Source: Squalus acanthias
Lineage: Eukaryota
Length of the DNA: 64,000 nt
Reading direction: 5' to 3'
NCBI GenBank assembly: GCA_030390025.1
Contig: CM059431.1
Coordinates: 136,278,001 to 136,342,000, forward strand
Shown here piece by piece: positions 10,986 through 24,200 of the stretch. The first letter of the stretch is position 1, and each line of letters starts with the position of its first letter. A model generated the notes under the pieces. That model did not search any database. It had not been told where the DNA came from and saw only the letters and a program-made list of their open reading frames with translations. The translations under genes were made by a program, and so were the position numbers.

Positions 10986-12236
10986 TAATGACAACAGGGA
11001 TGATGGTTTCAGCAGGTGCGTGGGGTACGAGTAACCATGGCAACTGTCAGGAAAGCTCTTCAAAAGAAACTACTTGAGGTGGCCCGCAGCGAGACGCTGG
11101 TTCCCACAATGGCCAAAATAGACCAGCCATAGACGATGGCGATGACCCACACAGTGAATAAGAAAATGGTGCAATTAAAAGCAGCGAGGCTTTTGCAGAT
11201 GTACGTGACTCGAAAGAAGAGAAAAGTGGATGGCAGAATTATTGTGCGGAACCAGAGGAAATCGAGAAATATCTGTCTGAGCTTAATGGGACTTGAAGAA
11301 CTCTAACCCCTTGATGTAAGAAAACTACGAGGCACTTGGTCTAAGCGTTAAACAAAGCTTTAATCAACTGTTTTTCAACATGGAGATCTAGTTGTGTCCT
11401 TCATTGTTCCTGTTAAAGAATGTCCTGATCAAGCTGGGCCCATGCCCGAGTATTTATACTCTCCCTGGACAGCGCCACCAGCAGGCTGCCCAGTATTATT
11501 TCATAAGTCATTTCCACATGAATGACAAGATTCATGTCCCTGATCGAGGGAGAGGAAATGGTTAAGACAGAGAGAGACCAGGTGGATGTCCGGTAGAAAA
11601 TAAAGAGTCCTCTGGAGGGAAAAGGCGGAAGATGTTGTCCGGTGCTGCTCACTTCTGCGCACAGACAACCGCAAGTAATGTGGCCAAACAATGGTAACAC
11701 GTGGGGTAATTCTTATTGGAAAACAAACTAGACTGGAACCGGGTAAAATCTTGCTGGAATGACGCGGGTCAGCTGCAGTCAATGGCTGAATGGCTGCTAC
11801 TGCCGATGAGGATTCTACAGAAGAGAATAAGCAGGAACAGTTAGAAATAGAAGCACAGGAGAAGGAAATTCGGCAATTTAAAGTTATGATTGTTGGCCAA
11901 CCAGTAGCAGTGGTTTGCTCAGGAGCATTTCAACTCTCTGCAAAAACAGACCGTCTCGAATCTGAGAGTGAAAAGGGACAATGCGAGAGGTGTAAAGTTG
12001 CAGGAGTGAGACAGGCAGTTGTAATGATCCAGCAAAGGAGCAGTTTCCTGGGACTGGCGACCTCCCTTAGTCAACAAAGAGGAAGCGCAGACATTGGGCA
12101 GCAAGTTGAGGTGTTTGTATTAACCCTTTCGCAGCAAACAATAGGTGTAAAGCAGATCTGTTAGATACTCAAACATTAACAACAGGTGCAGAAAGACAAG
12201 GAAAATGAACAGTGGAGGATCCACCATATTCAGTAG

Positions 12237-15200
12237 GTGTGGAAAGGACCATGTGGAGGGTGTGGAAGGGACCATGTGGAGGGAGTGGAAGGGACCATGT
12301 GGAGGGGTGGAAGGGACCATGTGGAGGGGGTGGAAGGGACCATGTGGAGGGGGTGGAAGGGACCATGTGGAGGGGGTGGAAGGGACCATGTGGAGGGAGT
12401 GGAAGGGACCATGTGGAGGGAGTGGAAGGGACCATGTGGAAAGGGTGGAAGGGATCATGTGGAGGGAGTGGAAGGGACCATGTGGAGGGGTGGAAGGGAC
12501 CATGTGGAGGGGGTGGAAGGGACCATGTGGAAAGGGTGGAAGGGACCATGTGGAGGGTGTGGAAGGGACCATGTGGTGGGGGTGGAAGGGACCATGTGGT
12601 GGGGTTGGAAGGACAATATGGTGGGGGTGGAAGGGACCATGTGGAGGGGATCGAAGGGACCATGTTGAGGAAGTGGATGGTACCATGTGGAGGGGTGGAA
12701 GTGACCATGTGGAGGGGGTGGAAGCGACCATCAGGAGGGGGTGGAAGGGACCATGTGGAGGGGGTGGAAGTGACCATGTGGAGGGGGTGGAAGTGACCAT
12801 GTGGAGTGGGTGGAAGTGACCATGTTGAGGCGGTGGAAGCGACCATGTGGAGGGAGTGGAAGTGACCATTTGGAGGGGGTGGAAGGGACCATGTGGAGGG
12901 GTGGAAGATACAATGTGGAGGGAGTGGAAGCGACCATTTGGTGGGGGGTGGAAATGACCATGTGGAGGGAGTGGAAGTGACCATTTGCAGGGGTGGAAGG
13001 GACCATGTGGATGGGTGGAAGGGACCAAGTGGGTGGTTGGAAGGGATCATGAGGAGGGGCTGGAAGGGCCCATGTGGAGGTGGTGGAAGTGATCATGTTG
13101 AGGGGGTGGAAGGGACCATGTGGAGGGGTGGAAGATACAATGTGGAGGGAGTGGAAGAGACAATTTGGTGGGGGTGGAAATGACCATGTGGAGGGAGTGG
13201 AAGTGACCATTTGCAGGGGGTGGAAGGGACCATGTGGATGGGTGGAAGGGACCATGTGGAGGGGGTGGAAGGGAGCATGTGGAGTGGGTGGAAGGGACCA
13301 TGTGGAGGGGTGGAAGTGACCATGTGGAGATGGTGGAAGGGACCATCAGGAGGGGGTGGAAGGGACCATGTGGAGGGGGTGGAAGTGACCATGTGGAGGG
13401 GGTGGAAGTGACCATATAGAGGGGGTGGAAGTGACCATGTTGAGGGGGTGGAAGGGACCATGTGGAGGGGTGGAAGTTACAATGTGGAGGGAGTGGAAGA
13501 GACCATTTGGTGGGGGTGGAAATGACCATGTGGTAAGGAGTGGAAGTGACCATTTGGAGGGGGTGGAATTGACCATGTGGATGGGTGGAAGGGACCATGT
13601 GGAGGGGGTGGAAGGGTCAATTTGGGGGGGATGGAAGGGGCCATGTGGAGGGGGTGGAAGGGACCATGTCGTTGGAGTGGAAAGGGCCATGTGAAGGGAT
13701 GGAAGGATCCATATCGTGGGCTGGAAGGGACCATGGGAAGGGCGTGGAGGAGTCCATGTGGAGGGGGTGGAAGGAACCATGTGAAGGGGTGAAAGGGACC
13801 ATGTGTTTGGGGTGGAAGGGACCATGTGGAGGGTGTGTAAGTAACCATGTGGTGGGGGTGGAAGGGACCATGTGAAGGGCCAGGAAGGGATCATGTGGAG
13901 GTCGTGGAAGGATCCATCTGGAGGGAGTGGAAGGGACCATGTGGAGGAGTGGAAGGGACCATGTGGAGGGGGTGCAAGGGAACTTGTGGAGTGGGTGAAA
14001 GGGACCATTTGGTGGGGGTGGAAATGACCATGTGGAGGGAGTGGAAGGAACCATGTGGAGGGGGTGGATGGGACCATCAGGAGGGGGTGGAAGGGACCAT
14101 GTGGATGGTTGGAAGGGACCATGTGGTTGGGTGGACGGAATCATGAGGAGGGGGTGGAAGGGCCCATGTGGAGGAGGTGGAAGTGACCATGTTGAGGGGC
14201 TGGAAGGGACCAAGTAAACATGTGGAGGGGGTGGAAGAGACCATCAGGAGGGGGTTCAAGGGACCATGTGCAGGGGGTGGAAGTGACCATGTGGAGGGGG
14301 TGGAAGTGACCATGTTGAGGGGGTGGAAGTGACCATGTTGAGGGGGTGGAAGGGACCATGTGGAGGGGTGGAAGATACAATGAGGAGGGAGTGGAAGAGA
14401 CCATTTGGTGGGGGTGGAAATGACCATTTGGAGGGAGTGGAAGGGACCATGTGGAGGGGTGGAAGGGACCATTTGGTGGGGGTGGAAGGGACCATGTGAA
14501 GTGGTGGATGGGACCATGTGGTGGGGGTGGAAGGGGCCATGTGAAGGGGGTGAAAGGGACCATGTGGTGGGGGTGGATAACACCATGTGGAGGGTGTGGA
14601 TGGTCCATGTAGAGCGGGTGGAAGGGAATATGTGGAGGGATGGAAGGGACCATGTGGTGGGGGTGAAGGGGCCATGTGGAGAGGGTGGAAGAGTCCAACT
14701 GGAGGGAGGTGGAGTGGACCATGTGGATCGGGTGGAGGGGATGATATGCAAGGGTTGGAAGGGACCATGTGGAGGGGGTGGAAGGGACCATGTGAAGGGG
14801 GTGGAAGGGATCATGTGGTGGGGGTGGAAGGATCCATGTGAAGGGGGTGGAAGGGACCTTGTTGAGGGATGGAAGGGATCATGTGGAGGAGGTGGAAGGG
14901 ACCATGTGGAGGGGTTGGAAGGGACCATGTGGAGGGGATGGAAGTGTCCATGTAGAGGGGTGGAAGGGATCATGGGGACGGGTGGACGGGAGCATGTGTT
15001 GGGGGTGGAAGGGACCATGTGGAGGGGGTGGAAGAGACCATGTGAAGGGGGTGGAAGGGATCATGTGGTGGGGGTGAAATGGACCATGTGGAGGGCGTGG
15101 AAGGGACCATGTGCAGGGGGTGGAAGGGACCATGTGGATTGCGTGGAAGGGTCTATGTGGAGGGAGTGGAAGGGACTATGTGGAGGGGGTGGAAGGGACC

Positions 15201-18200
15201 ATGTGGAGGGGGTGGACGGGACCATGTGGAGGGGGTGGAAGGGATCATGTGGAGGGGATTTTAGTGACCATGTGGACGGGGTGGAAGTGGCCAGGTTGAG
15301 GGGATGGAAGTGACCATGTGTAGGGGGTGGAAGGGACCATGAAGAGGGGTGGAAGGGACCCTGTGGAGGATGTGGAAGGGACCATGTGGAGGGGGTGGAA
15401 GGGACCATGTGGAGGATATGCAAGGGACCATGTGGAGGGGGTTGAAGGGACCATGTGGAGGAGGTGGAAGGGACCATGTGGAGATGTGGAAGGAACCATG
15501 TGGAGAGGTGGAAGATCCAGCTGGAGGGAGTGGAAGGGATCATGTGGAGGTGGTGGAGGGGACCATGTGGATGGGTGGAAGGGATCATGTGGAGGTGGTG
15601 GAAGGGACCATGTGGAGGGTGGAAGGGACCATGTGGAGGGGGTGGATGGGTCCATGTGAAGGGAGCGGAAGGGACCATTTGAAGGGGTGGAAGGGACAAT
15701 GTGGTGGGGGTGGAAGGGACCATGTTGAGGGTGGAAGGGCCAATGAGCAGGGGGAGGAAGGGACCATGTGGAGGGTGGAAGGGACCATGTGGTGGGGGTG
15801 GAAGGGACCATGTTATTGGGCTGGAAGGGAGCATGTGGAGTGGTGGAAGGGACCAGTTGGTGGGGGTGGAAGGGACCATGTGGAGGGGTGGAAGGTTCCA
15901 TGTGGAGGGGTGGAAGGGACCATGCGGAGGGGTGGAAGGGACCATGTGGAGGGGTGGAAGGCTCCATGTGGAGGGTGTGGAAGGGACCATGTGGAGGGGT
16001 GGAAGGTTCCATGTGGAGGGGTGGGAAGGGACCATGTGGAGGGGTGGAAGGGATCATGTGGAGGGGTGGAAGGGACCATGTGGAGGGTGTGGAAGGGACC
16101 ATGTGGTGGGGGTGGAAGGGACCATGTGGTGGGGGTGGAAGGGACAATATGGTGGGGGTGGAAGGGACCATGTGGAGGGGATCGAAGGGACCATGTTGAG
16201 GGAGTGGATGGTACCATGTGGAGGGGTGGAAGTGACCATGTGGAGGGGGTGGAAGCGACCATCAGGAGGGGGTGGAAGGGACCATGTGGAGGGGGTGGAA
16301 GTGACCATGTGGAGGGGGTGGAAGTGACCATGTGGAGTGGGTGGAAGTGACCATGTTGAGGCGGTGGAAGCGACCATGTGGAGGGAGTGGAAGTGACCAT
16401 TTGGAGGGGGTGGAAGGGACCATGTGGAGGGGTGGAAGATACAATGTGGAGGGAGTGGAAGAGACCATTTGGTGGGGGTGGAAATGACCATGTGGAGGGA
16501 GTGGAAGTGACCATTTGCAGGGGGTGGAAGGGATCATGTGGATGGGTGGAAGGGACCAAGTGGGTGGTTGGAAGGGATCATGAGGAGGGGCTGGAAGGGC
16601 CCATGTGGAGGTGGTGGAAGTGATCATGTTGAGGGGGTGGAAGGGACCATGTGGAGGGGTGGAAGATACAATGTGGAGGGAGTGGAAGAGACAATTTGGT
16701 GGGGGTGGAAATGACCATGTGGAGGGAGTGGAAGTGACCAATTGCAGGGGGTGGAAGGGACCATGTGGATGGGTGGAAGGGACCATGTGGAGGGGGTGGA
16801 AGGGAGCATGTGGAGTGGGTGGAAGGGACCATGTGGAGGGGTGGAAGTGACCATGTGGAGATGGTGGAAGGGACCATCAGGAGGGGGTGGAAGGGACCAT
16901 GTGGAGGGGGTGGAAGTGACCATGTGGAGGGGGTGGAAGTGACCATATAGAGGGGGTGGAAGTGACCATGTTGAGGGGGTGGAAGGGACCATGTGGAGGG
17001 GTGGAAGTTACAATGTGGAGGGAGTGGAAGAGACCATTTGGTGGGGGTGGAAATGACCATGTGGTAAGGAGTGGAAGTGACCATTTGGAGGGGGTGGAAG
17101 GGACCATGTGGATGGGTGGAAGGGACCATGTGGAGGGGGTGGAAGGGTCAATTTGGGGGGGATGGAAGGGGCCATGTGGAGGGGGTGGAAGGGACCATGT
17201 CGTTGGAGTGGAAAGGGCCATGTGAAGGGATGGAAGGATCCATATCGTGGGCTGGAAGGGACCATGGGAAGGGCGTGGAGGAGTCCATGTGGAGGGGGTG
17301 GAAGGAACCATGTGAAGGGGTGAAAGGGACCATGTGTTTGGGGTGGAAGGGACTATGTGGAGGGTGTGTAAGTAACCATGTGGTGGGGGTGGAAGGGACC
17401 ATGTGAAGGGCCAGGAAGGGATCATGTGGAGGTCGTGGAAGGATCCATCTGGAGGGAGTGGAAGGGACCATGTGGAGGAGTGGAAGGGACCATGTGGAGG
17501 GGGTGCAAGGGAACTTGTGGAGTGGGTGAAAGGGACCATTTGGTGGGGGTGGAAATGACCATGTGGAGGGAGTGGAAGGAACCATGTGGAGGGGGTGGAT
17601 GGGACCATCAGGAGGGGGTGGAAGGGACCATGTGGATGGTTGGAAGGGACCATGTGGATGGGTGGACGGAATCATGAGGAGGGGGTGGAAGGGCCCATGT
17701 GGAGGAGGTGGAAGTGACCATGTTGAGGGGCTGGAAGGGACCAAGTAAACATATGGAGGGGGTGGAAGAGACCATCAGGAGGGGGTTCAAGGGACCATGT
17801 GCAGGGGGTGGAAGTGACCATGTGGAGGGGGTGGAAGTGACCATGTTGAGGGGGTGGAAGTGACCATGTTGAGGGGGTGGAAGGGACCATGTGGAGGGGT
17901 GGAAGATACAATGAGGAGGGAGTGGAAGAGACCATTTGGTGGGGGTGGAAATGACCATTTGGAGGGAGTGGAAGGGACCATGTGGAGGGGTGGAAGGGAC
18001 CATTTGGTGCGGGTGGAAGGGACCATGTGAAGTGGTGGATGGGACCATGTGGTGGGGGTGGAAGGGGCCATGTGAAGGGGGTGAAAGGGACCATGTGGTG
18101 GGGGTGGATAACACCATGTGGAGGGTGTGGATGGGTCCATGTAGAGCGGGTGGAAGGGAATATGTGGAGGGATGGAAGGGACCATGTGGTGGGGGTGGAA

Positions 18201-21200
18201 GGGGCCATGTGGAGAGGGTGGAAGAGTCCAACTGGAGGGAGGTGGAGTGGACCATGTGGATCGGGTGGAGGGGATGATATGCAAGGGTTGGAAGGGACCA
18301 TGTGGAGGGGGTGGAAGGGACCATGTGAAGGGGGTGGAAGGGATCATGTGGTGGGGGTGGAAGGACCATGTGAAGGGGGTGGAAGAGACCTTGTTGAGGG
18401 ATGGAAGGGATCATGTGGAGGAGGTGGAAGGGACCATGTGGAGGGGTTGGAAGGGACCATGTGGAGGGGATGGAAGTGTCCATGTAGAGGGGGTGGAAGG
18501 GATCATGGGGACGGGTGGACGGGAGCATGTGTTGGGGGTGGAAGGGACCATGTGGAGGGGGTGGAAGAGACCATGTGAAGGGGGTGGAAGCGATCATGTG
18601 GTGGGGGTGAAATGGACCATGTGGAGGGCGTGGAAGGGACCATGTGCAGGGGGTGGAAGGGACCATGTGGATTGCGTGGAAGGGTCTATGTGGAGGGAGT
18701 GGAAGGGACTATGTGGAGGGGGTGGAAGGGACCATGTGGAGGGGGTGGACGGGACCATGTGGAGGGGGTGGAAGGGATCATGTGGAGGGGATTTTAGTGA
18801 CCATGTGGACGGGGTGGAAGTGGCCAGGTTGAGGGGATGGAAGTGACCATGTGTAGGGGGTGGAAGGGACCATGAAGAGGGGTGGAAGGGACCCTGTGGA
18901 GGATGTGGAAGGGACCATGTGGAGGGGGTGGAAGGGACCATGTGGAGGATATGCAAGGGACCATGTGGAGGGGGTTGAAGGGACCATGTGGAGGAGGTGG
19001 AAGGGACCATGTGGAGATGTGGAAGGAACCATGTGGAGAGGTGGAAGATCCAGCTGGAGGGAGTGGAAGGGATCATGTGGAGGTGGTGGAGGGGACCATG
19101 TGGATGGGTGGAAGGGATCATGTGGAGGTGGTGGAAGGGACCATGTGGAGGGTGGAAGGGACCATGTGGAGGGGGTGGATGGGTCCATGTGAAGGGAGCG
19201 GAAGGGACCATTTGAAGGGGTGGAAGGGACAATGTGGTGGGGGTGGAAGGGACCATGTTGAGGGTGGAAGGGCCAATGAGCAGGGGGAGGAAGGGACCAT
19301 GTGGAGGGTGGAAGGGACCATGTGGTGGGGGTGGAAGGGACCATGTTATTGGGCTGGAAGGGAGCATGTGGAGTGGTGGAAGGGACCAGTTGGTGGGGGT
19401 GGATGGGACCATGCGAAGTGGTGGAAGGGACCATTTGGTGGGGGTGGAAGGGACCATGTGGAGGGGTGGAAGGTTCCATGTGGAGGGGTGGAAGGGACCA
19501 TGTGGAGGGGTGGAAGGGACCATGTGGAGGGGTGGAAGGCTCCATGTGGAGGGTGTGGAAGGGACCATGTGGAGGGGTGGAAGGGTCCATGTGGAGGGGT
19601 TGGAAGGGACCATGTGGAGGGGTGGAAGGGATCATGTGGAGGGGTGGAAGGGACCATGTGGAGGGTGTGGAAGGGACCATGTGGTGGGGGTGGAAGGGAC
19701 CATGTGGTGGGGGTGGAAGGGACAATATGGTGGGGGTGGAAGGGACCATGTGGAGGGGATCGAAGGGACCATGTTGAGGGAGTGGATGGTACCATGTGGA
19801 GGGGTGGAAGTGACCATGTGGAGGGGGTGGAAGCGACCATCAGGAGGGGGTGCAAGGGACCATGTGGAGGGGGTGGAAGTGACCATGTGGAGGGGGTGGA
19901 AGTGACCATGTGGAGTGGGTGGAAGTGACCATGTTGAGGCGGTGGAAGCGACCATGTGGAGGGAGTGGAAGTGACCATTTGGAGGGGGTGGAAGGGACCA
20001 TGTGGAGGGGTGGAAGATACAATGTGGAGGGAGTGGAAGAGACCATTTGGTGGGGGTGGAAATGACCATGTGGAGGGAGTGGAAGTGACCATTTGCAGGG
20101 GGTGGAAGGGACCATGTGGAGGGGTGGAAGGGACCATGTGGAGGGGGTGGAAGGGACCATGTGGTGGGGTGGAAGGAACATGTGGAGGGGTGGAAGTGAC
20201 CATGTGGAGGGACTGGTGGAAGGACCATGTGGAGGGGGTGGAAGGGACCATGTGGAGGGGGTGGAAGGGACCATGTGGAGGGGGTGGAACGGGACCATGT
20301 GGAGGGGGTGGAAGGACCATGTGGAGGGGTGGAAGGGACCATGTGGAGGGGGTGGAAGGACCATGTGGAGGGAGTGGAAGGGACCATGTGGAGGGGTGGA
20401 AGGGACCATGTGGTGGGAGTGGAAGCGACCATTTGGTGGGGGTGGAAATGACCATGACGAGGGGTGGAAAGGACCATGTGGAGGGGTGGAAGTGTGCCTG
20501 TGGAGGGGCTGGAAGGGACCATGTGGTTGGGGTGGAAGGGACCATGTGGTGGGGGTGGAAGGGACCATGTGAGGGGTGGAAGGTCCATGTGGTGGGCTGG
20601 AAGGGACCATGGGAAGGGCGTGGAGGAGTCCATGTGGAGGGGGTGGAAGGAACCATGTGAAGGGGTGAAAGGGACCATGTGTTTGGGGTGGAAGAGACCA
20701 TGTGGAGGGTGTGTAAGTAACCATGTGGTGGGGGTGGAAGGGGACCATGTGAAGGGCCAGGAAGGGATCATGTGGAGGTCGTGGAAGGATCCATCTGGAG
20801 GGAGTGGAAGGGACCATGTGGAGGGAGTGGAAGGGACCATGTGGAGGGGGTGCAAGGGAACTTGTGGAGTGGGTGAAAGGGACCAATTGGTGGGGGTGGA
20901 AATGACCATGTGGAGGGAGTGGAAGGAACCATGTGGAGGGGGTGGATGGGACCATCAGGAGGGGTGGAAGGGACCATGTGGATGGTTGGAAGGGACCATG
21001 TGGATGGGTGGACGGAATCATGAGGAGGGGGTGGAAGGGCCCATGTGGAGGAGGTGGAAGTGACCACGTTGAGGGGCTGGAAGGGACCAAGTAAACATAT
21101 GGAGGGGGTGGAAGAGACCATCAGGAGGGGGTTCAAGGGACCATGTGCAGGGGGTGGAAGTGACCATGTGGAGGGGGTGGAAGTGACCATGTTGAGGGGG

Positions 21201-24200
21201 TGGAAGTGACCATGTTGAGGGGGTGGAAGGGACCATGTGGAGGGGTGGAAGATACAATGAGGAGGGAGTGGAAGAGACCATTTGGTGGGGGTGGAAATGA
21301 CCATTTGGAGGGAGTGGAAGGGACCATGTGGAGGGGTGGAAGGGACCATTTGGTGGGGGTGGAAGGGACCATGTGAAGTGGTGGATGGGACCATGTGGTG
21401 GTGGTGGAAGGGGCCATGTGAAGGGGGTGAAAGGGACCATGTGGTGGGGGTGGATAACACCATGTGGAGGGTGTGGATGGGTCCATGTAGAGCGGGTGGA
21501 AGGGAATATGTGGAGGGATGGAAGGGACCATGTGGTGGGGGTGGAAGGGGCCATGTGGAGAGGGTGGAAGAGTCCAACTGGAGGGAGGTGGAGGGACAAT
21601 GTGGAGGGGGGTGAAGGGACCATCTGGAGGGGGTGGAAGGAGACCTTATGGAGGGGTTGAAGGGACCATGTGGAGGGGGTGGAAGGGAACCATGTGGTGG
21701 GGGATGGAAGGGACCATGTGAGTGAGGGCTGGAAGGGACATGTGGAGGTGTAGAAGGGACATGATGGAGGGGTGGAAGGGACCATGTGGAGGGGTGGAAG
21801 GGACCATGTGGAAGGTGTGGAAGGGACCTGATGGAGGGGTGGAAGGGACCATGTGGTGGGGGTGGAAGGGACCTTGTGGAGGGAGTGGAAGGGACCATGT
21901 GGAGGGGTGGAAGAGACCATGTAGTGGGGTGGAAGGATATATGTGGAGGGACTGGAAGGGACCATGTGGAGGGATTGGAAGGGTCCATGTGGAGGGGGTG
22001 GAAGGGACCATGTGTAGGGAGTGGAAGGGACCATGTGGAGTGAGTGGAAGGGATCATGTGGAGGGGGTGGAAGGGACCATGTGGAGGGGTGGACGGGACC
22101 ATGTGGAGGGGGTGGAAGGGATCATGTGGAGGGTATTTAGTGACCATGTGGACGGGGTGGAAGTGGCCAGGTTGAGGGGATGGAAGTGACCATGTGTAGG
22201 GGGTGGAAGGGACCATGAAGAGGGGTGGAAGGGATCATGTGGATTGCGTGGAAGGGTTTATGTGGAGGGGGTGGAAGGGACCATGTGGAGGGGGTAGAAG
22301 GGACCATGTGGAGGGGGTGAAGGGACCATGTGGAGGAGGTGGAAGGGACCATGTGGAGATGTGGAAGGAACCATGTGGAGAGGTGGAAGATCCAGCTGGA
22401 GAGAGTGGAAGGGATCATGTGGAGGTGGTGGAGGGGACCATGTGGATGGGTGGAAGGGATCATGTGGAGGTGGTGGAAGGGACCATGTGGAGGGTGGAAG
22501 GGACCATGTGGAGGGGGTGGATGGGTCCATGTGAAGGGAGCGGAAGGGACCATTTGAAGGGGTGGAAGGGACAATGTGGTGGGGGTGGAAGGGACCATGT
22601 TGAGGGTGGAAGGGCCAATGAGCAGGGGGAGGAAGGGACCATGTGGAGGGTGGAAGGGACCATGTGGTGGGGGTGGAAGGGACCATGTTATTGGGCTGGA
22701 AGGGAGCATGTGGAGTGGTGGAAGGGACCAGTTGGTGGGGGTGGATGGGACCATGTGAAGTGGTGGAAGGGACCATTTGGTGGGGGTGGAAGGGACCATG
22801 TGGAGGGGTGGAAGGTTCCATGTGGAGGGGTGGAAGGGACCATGTGGAGGGGTGGAAGGGACCATGTGGAGGGGTGGAAGGCTCCATGTGGAGGGTGTGG
22901 AAGGGACCATGTGGAGGGGTGGAAGGTTCCATGTGGAGGGGTGGGAAGGGACCATGTGGAGGGGTGGAAGGGACCATGTGGAGGGGTGGAAGGGACCATG
23001 TGGAGCGGGTGGAAGGGACCATGTGGTGGGAGTGGAAGGGGCCATGTGAAGGGATGGAAGTGTCAATATGGTGGGGGTGGAAGGGACATGTGGAGGGGAT
23101 CGAAGGGACCATGTTGAGGGGAGTGGATGGCACCATGTGGAGGGGTGGAAGTGACCATGTGGAGGGGGTGGAAGCGACCATCAGGAGGGGGTGGAAGGGA
23201 CCATGTGGAGGGGGTGGAAGTGACCATGTGGAGGGGGTGGAAGTGACCATGTGGAGTGGGTGGAAGTGACCATGTTGAGGCGGTGGAAGTGACCATGTGG
23301 AGGGAGTGGAAGTGACCATTTGGAGGGGGTGGAAGGGACCATGTGGAGGGGTGGAAGATACAATGTGGAGGGAGTGGAAGAGACCATTTGGTGGGGTGGA
23401 AATGACCATGTGGAGGGAGTGGAAGTGACCATTTGCAGGGGGTGGAAGGGACCATGTGGATGGGTGGAAGGGACCAAGTGGGTGGTTGGAAGGGATCATG
23501 AGGAGGGGGCTGGAAGGGCCCATGTGGAGGTGGTGGAAGTGATCATGTTGAGGGGGTGGAAGGGACCATGTGGAGGGGTGGAAGATACAATGTGGAGGGA
23601 GTGGAAGAGACAATTTGGTGGGGGTAGAAATGACCATGTGGAGGGAGTGGAAGTGACCATTTGCAGGGGGTGGAAGGGACCATGTGGATGGGTGGAAGGG
23701 ACCATGTGGAGGGGGTGGAAGGGAGCATGTGGAGTGGGTGGAAGGGACCATGTGGAGGGGTGGAAGTGACCATGTGGAGATGGTGGAAGGGACCATCAGG
23801 AGGGGGTGGAAGGGACCATGTGGAGGGGGTGGAAGTGACTATGTGGTGGGAGTGGAAGCGACCATTTGGTGGGGGTGGAAATGACCATGATGAGGGGTGG
23901 AAGGGACCATGTGGAGGGGTGGAAGTTACAATGTGGAGGGAGTGGAAGAGACCATTTGGTGGGGGTGGAAATGACCATGTGGTAAGGAGTGGAAGTGACC
24001 ATTTGGAGGGGGTGGAAGGGACCATGTGGAAGGGTGGAAGGGACCATGTGGAGGGGTGGAAGGGTCCATGTGGGGGGATGGAAGGGGCCATAGTGGCTGG
24101 GGTGGAGGGGACCATGTGGATGGGTGGATGGGACCATGTGGAGGGGGTGGAATGGACCATGTGGAGGGGTGGAAGGGACCATGTGTTGAGGGTGGAAGGG

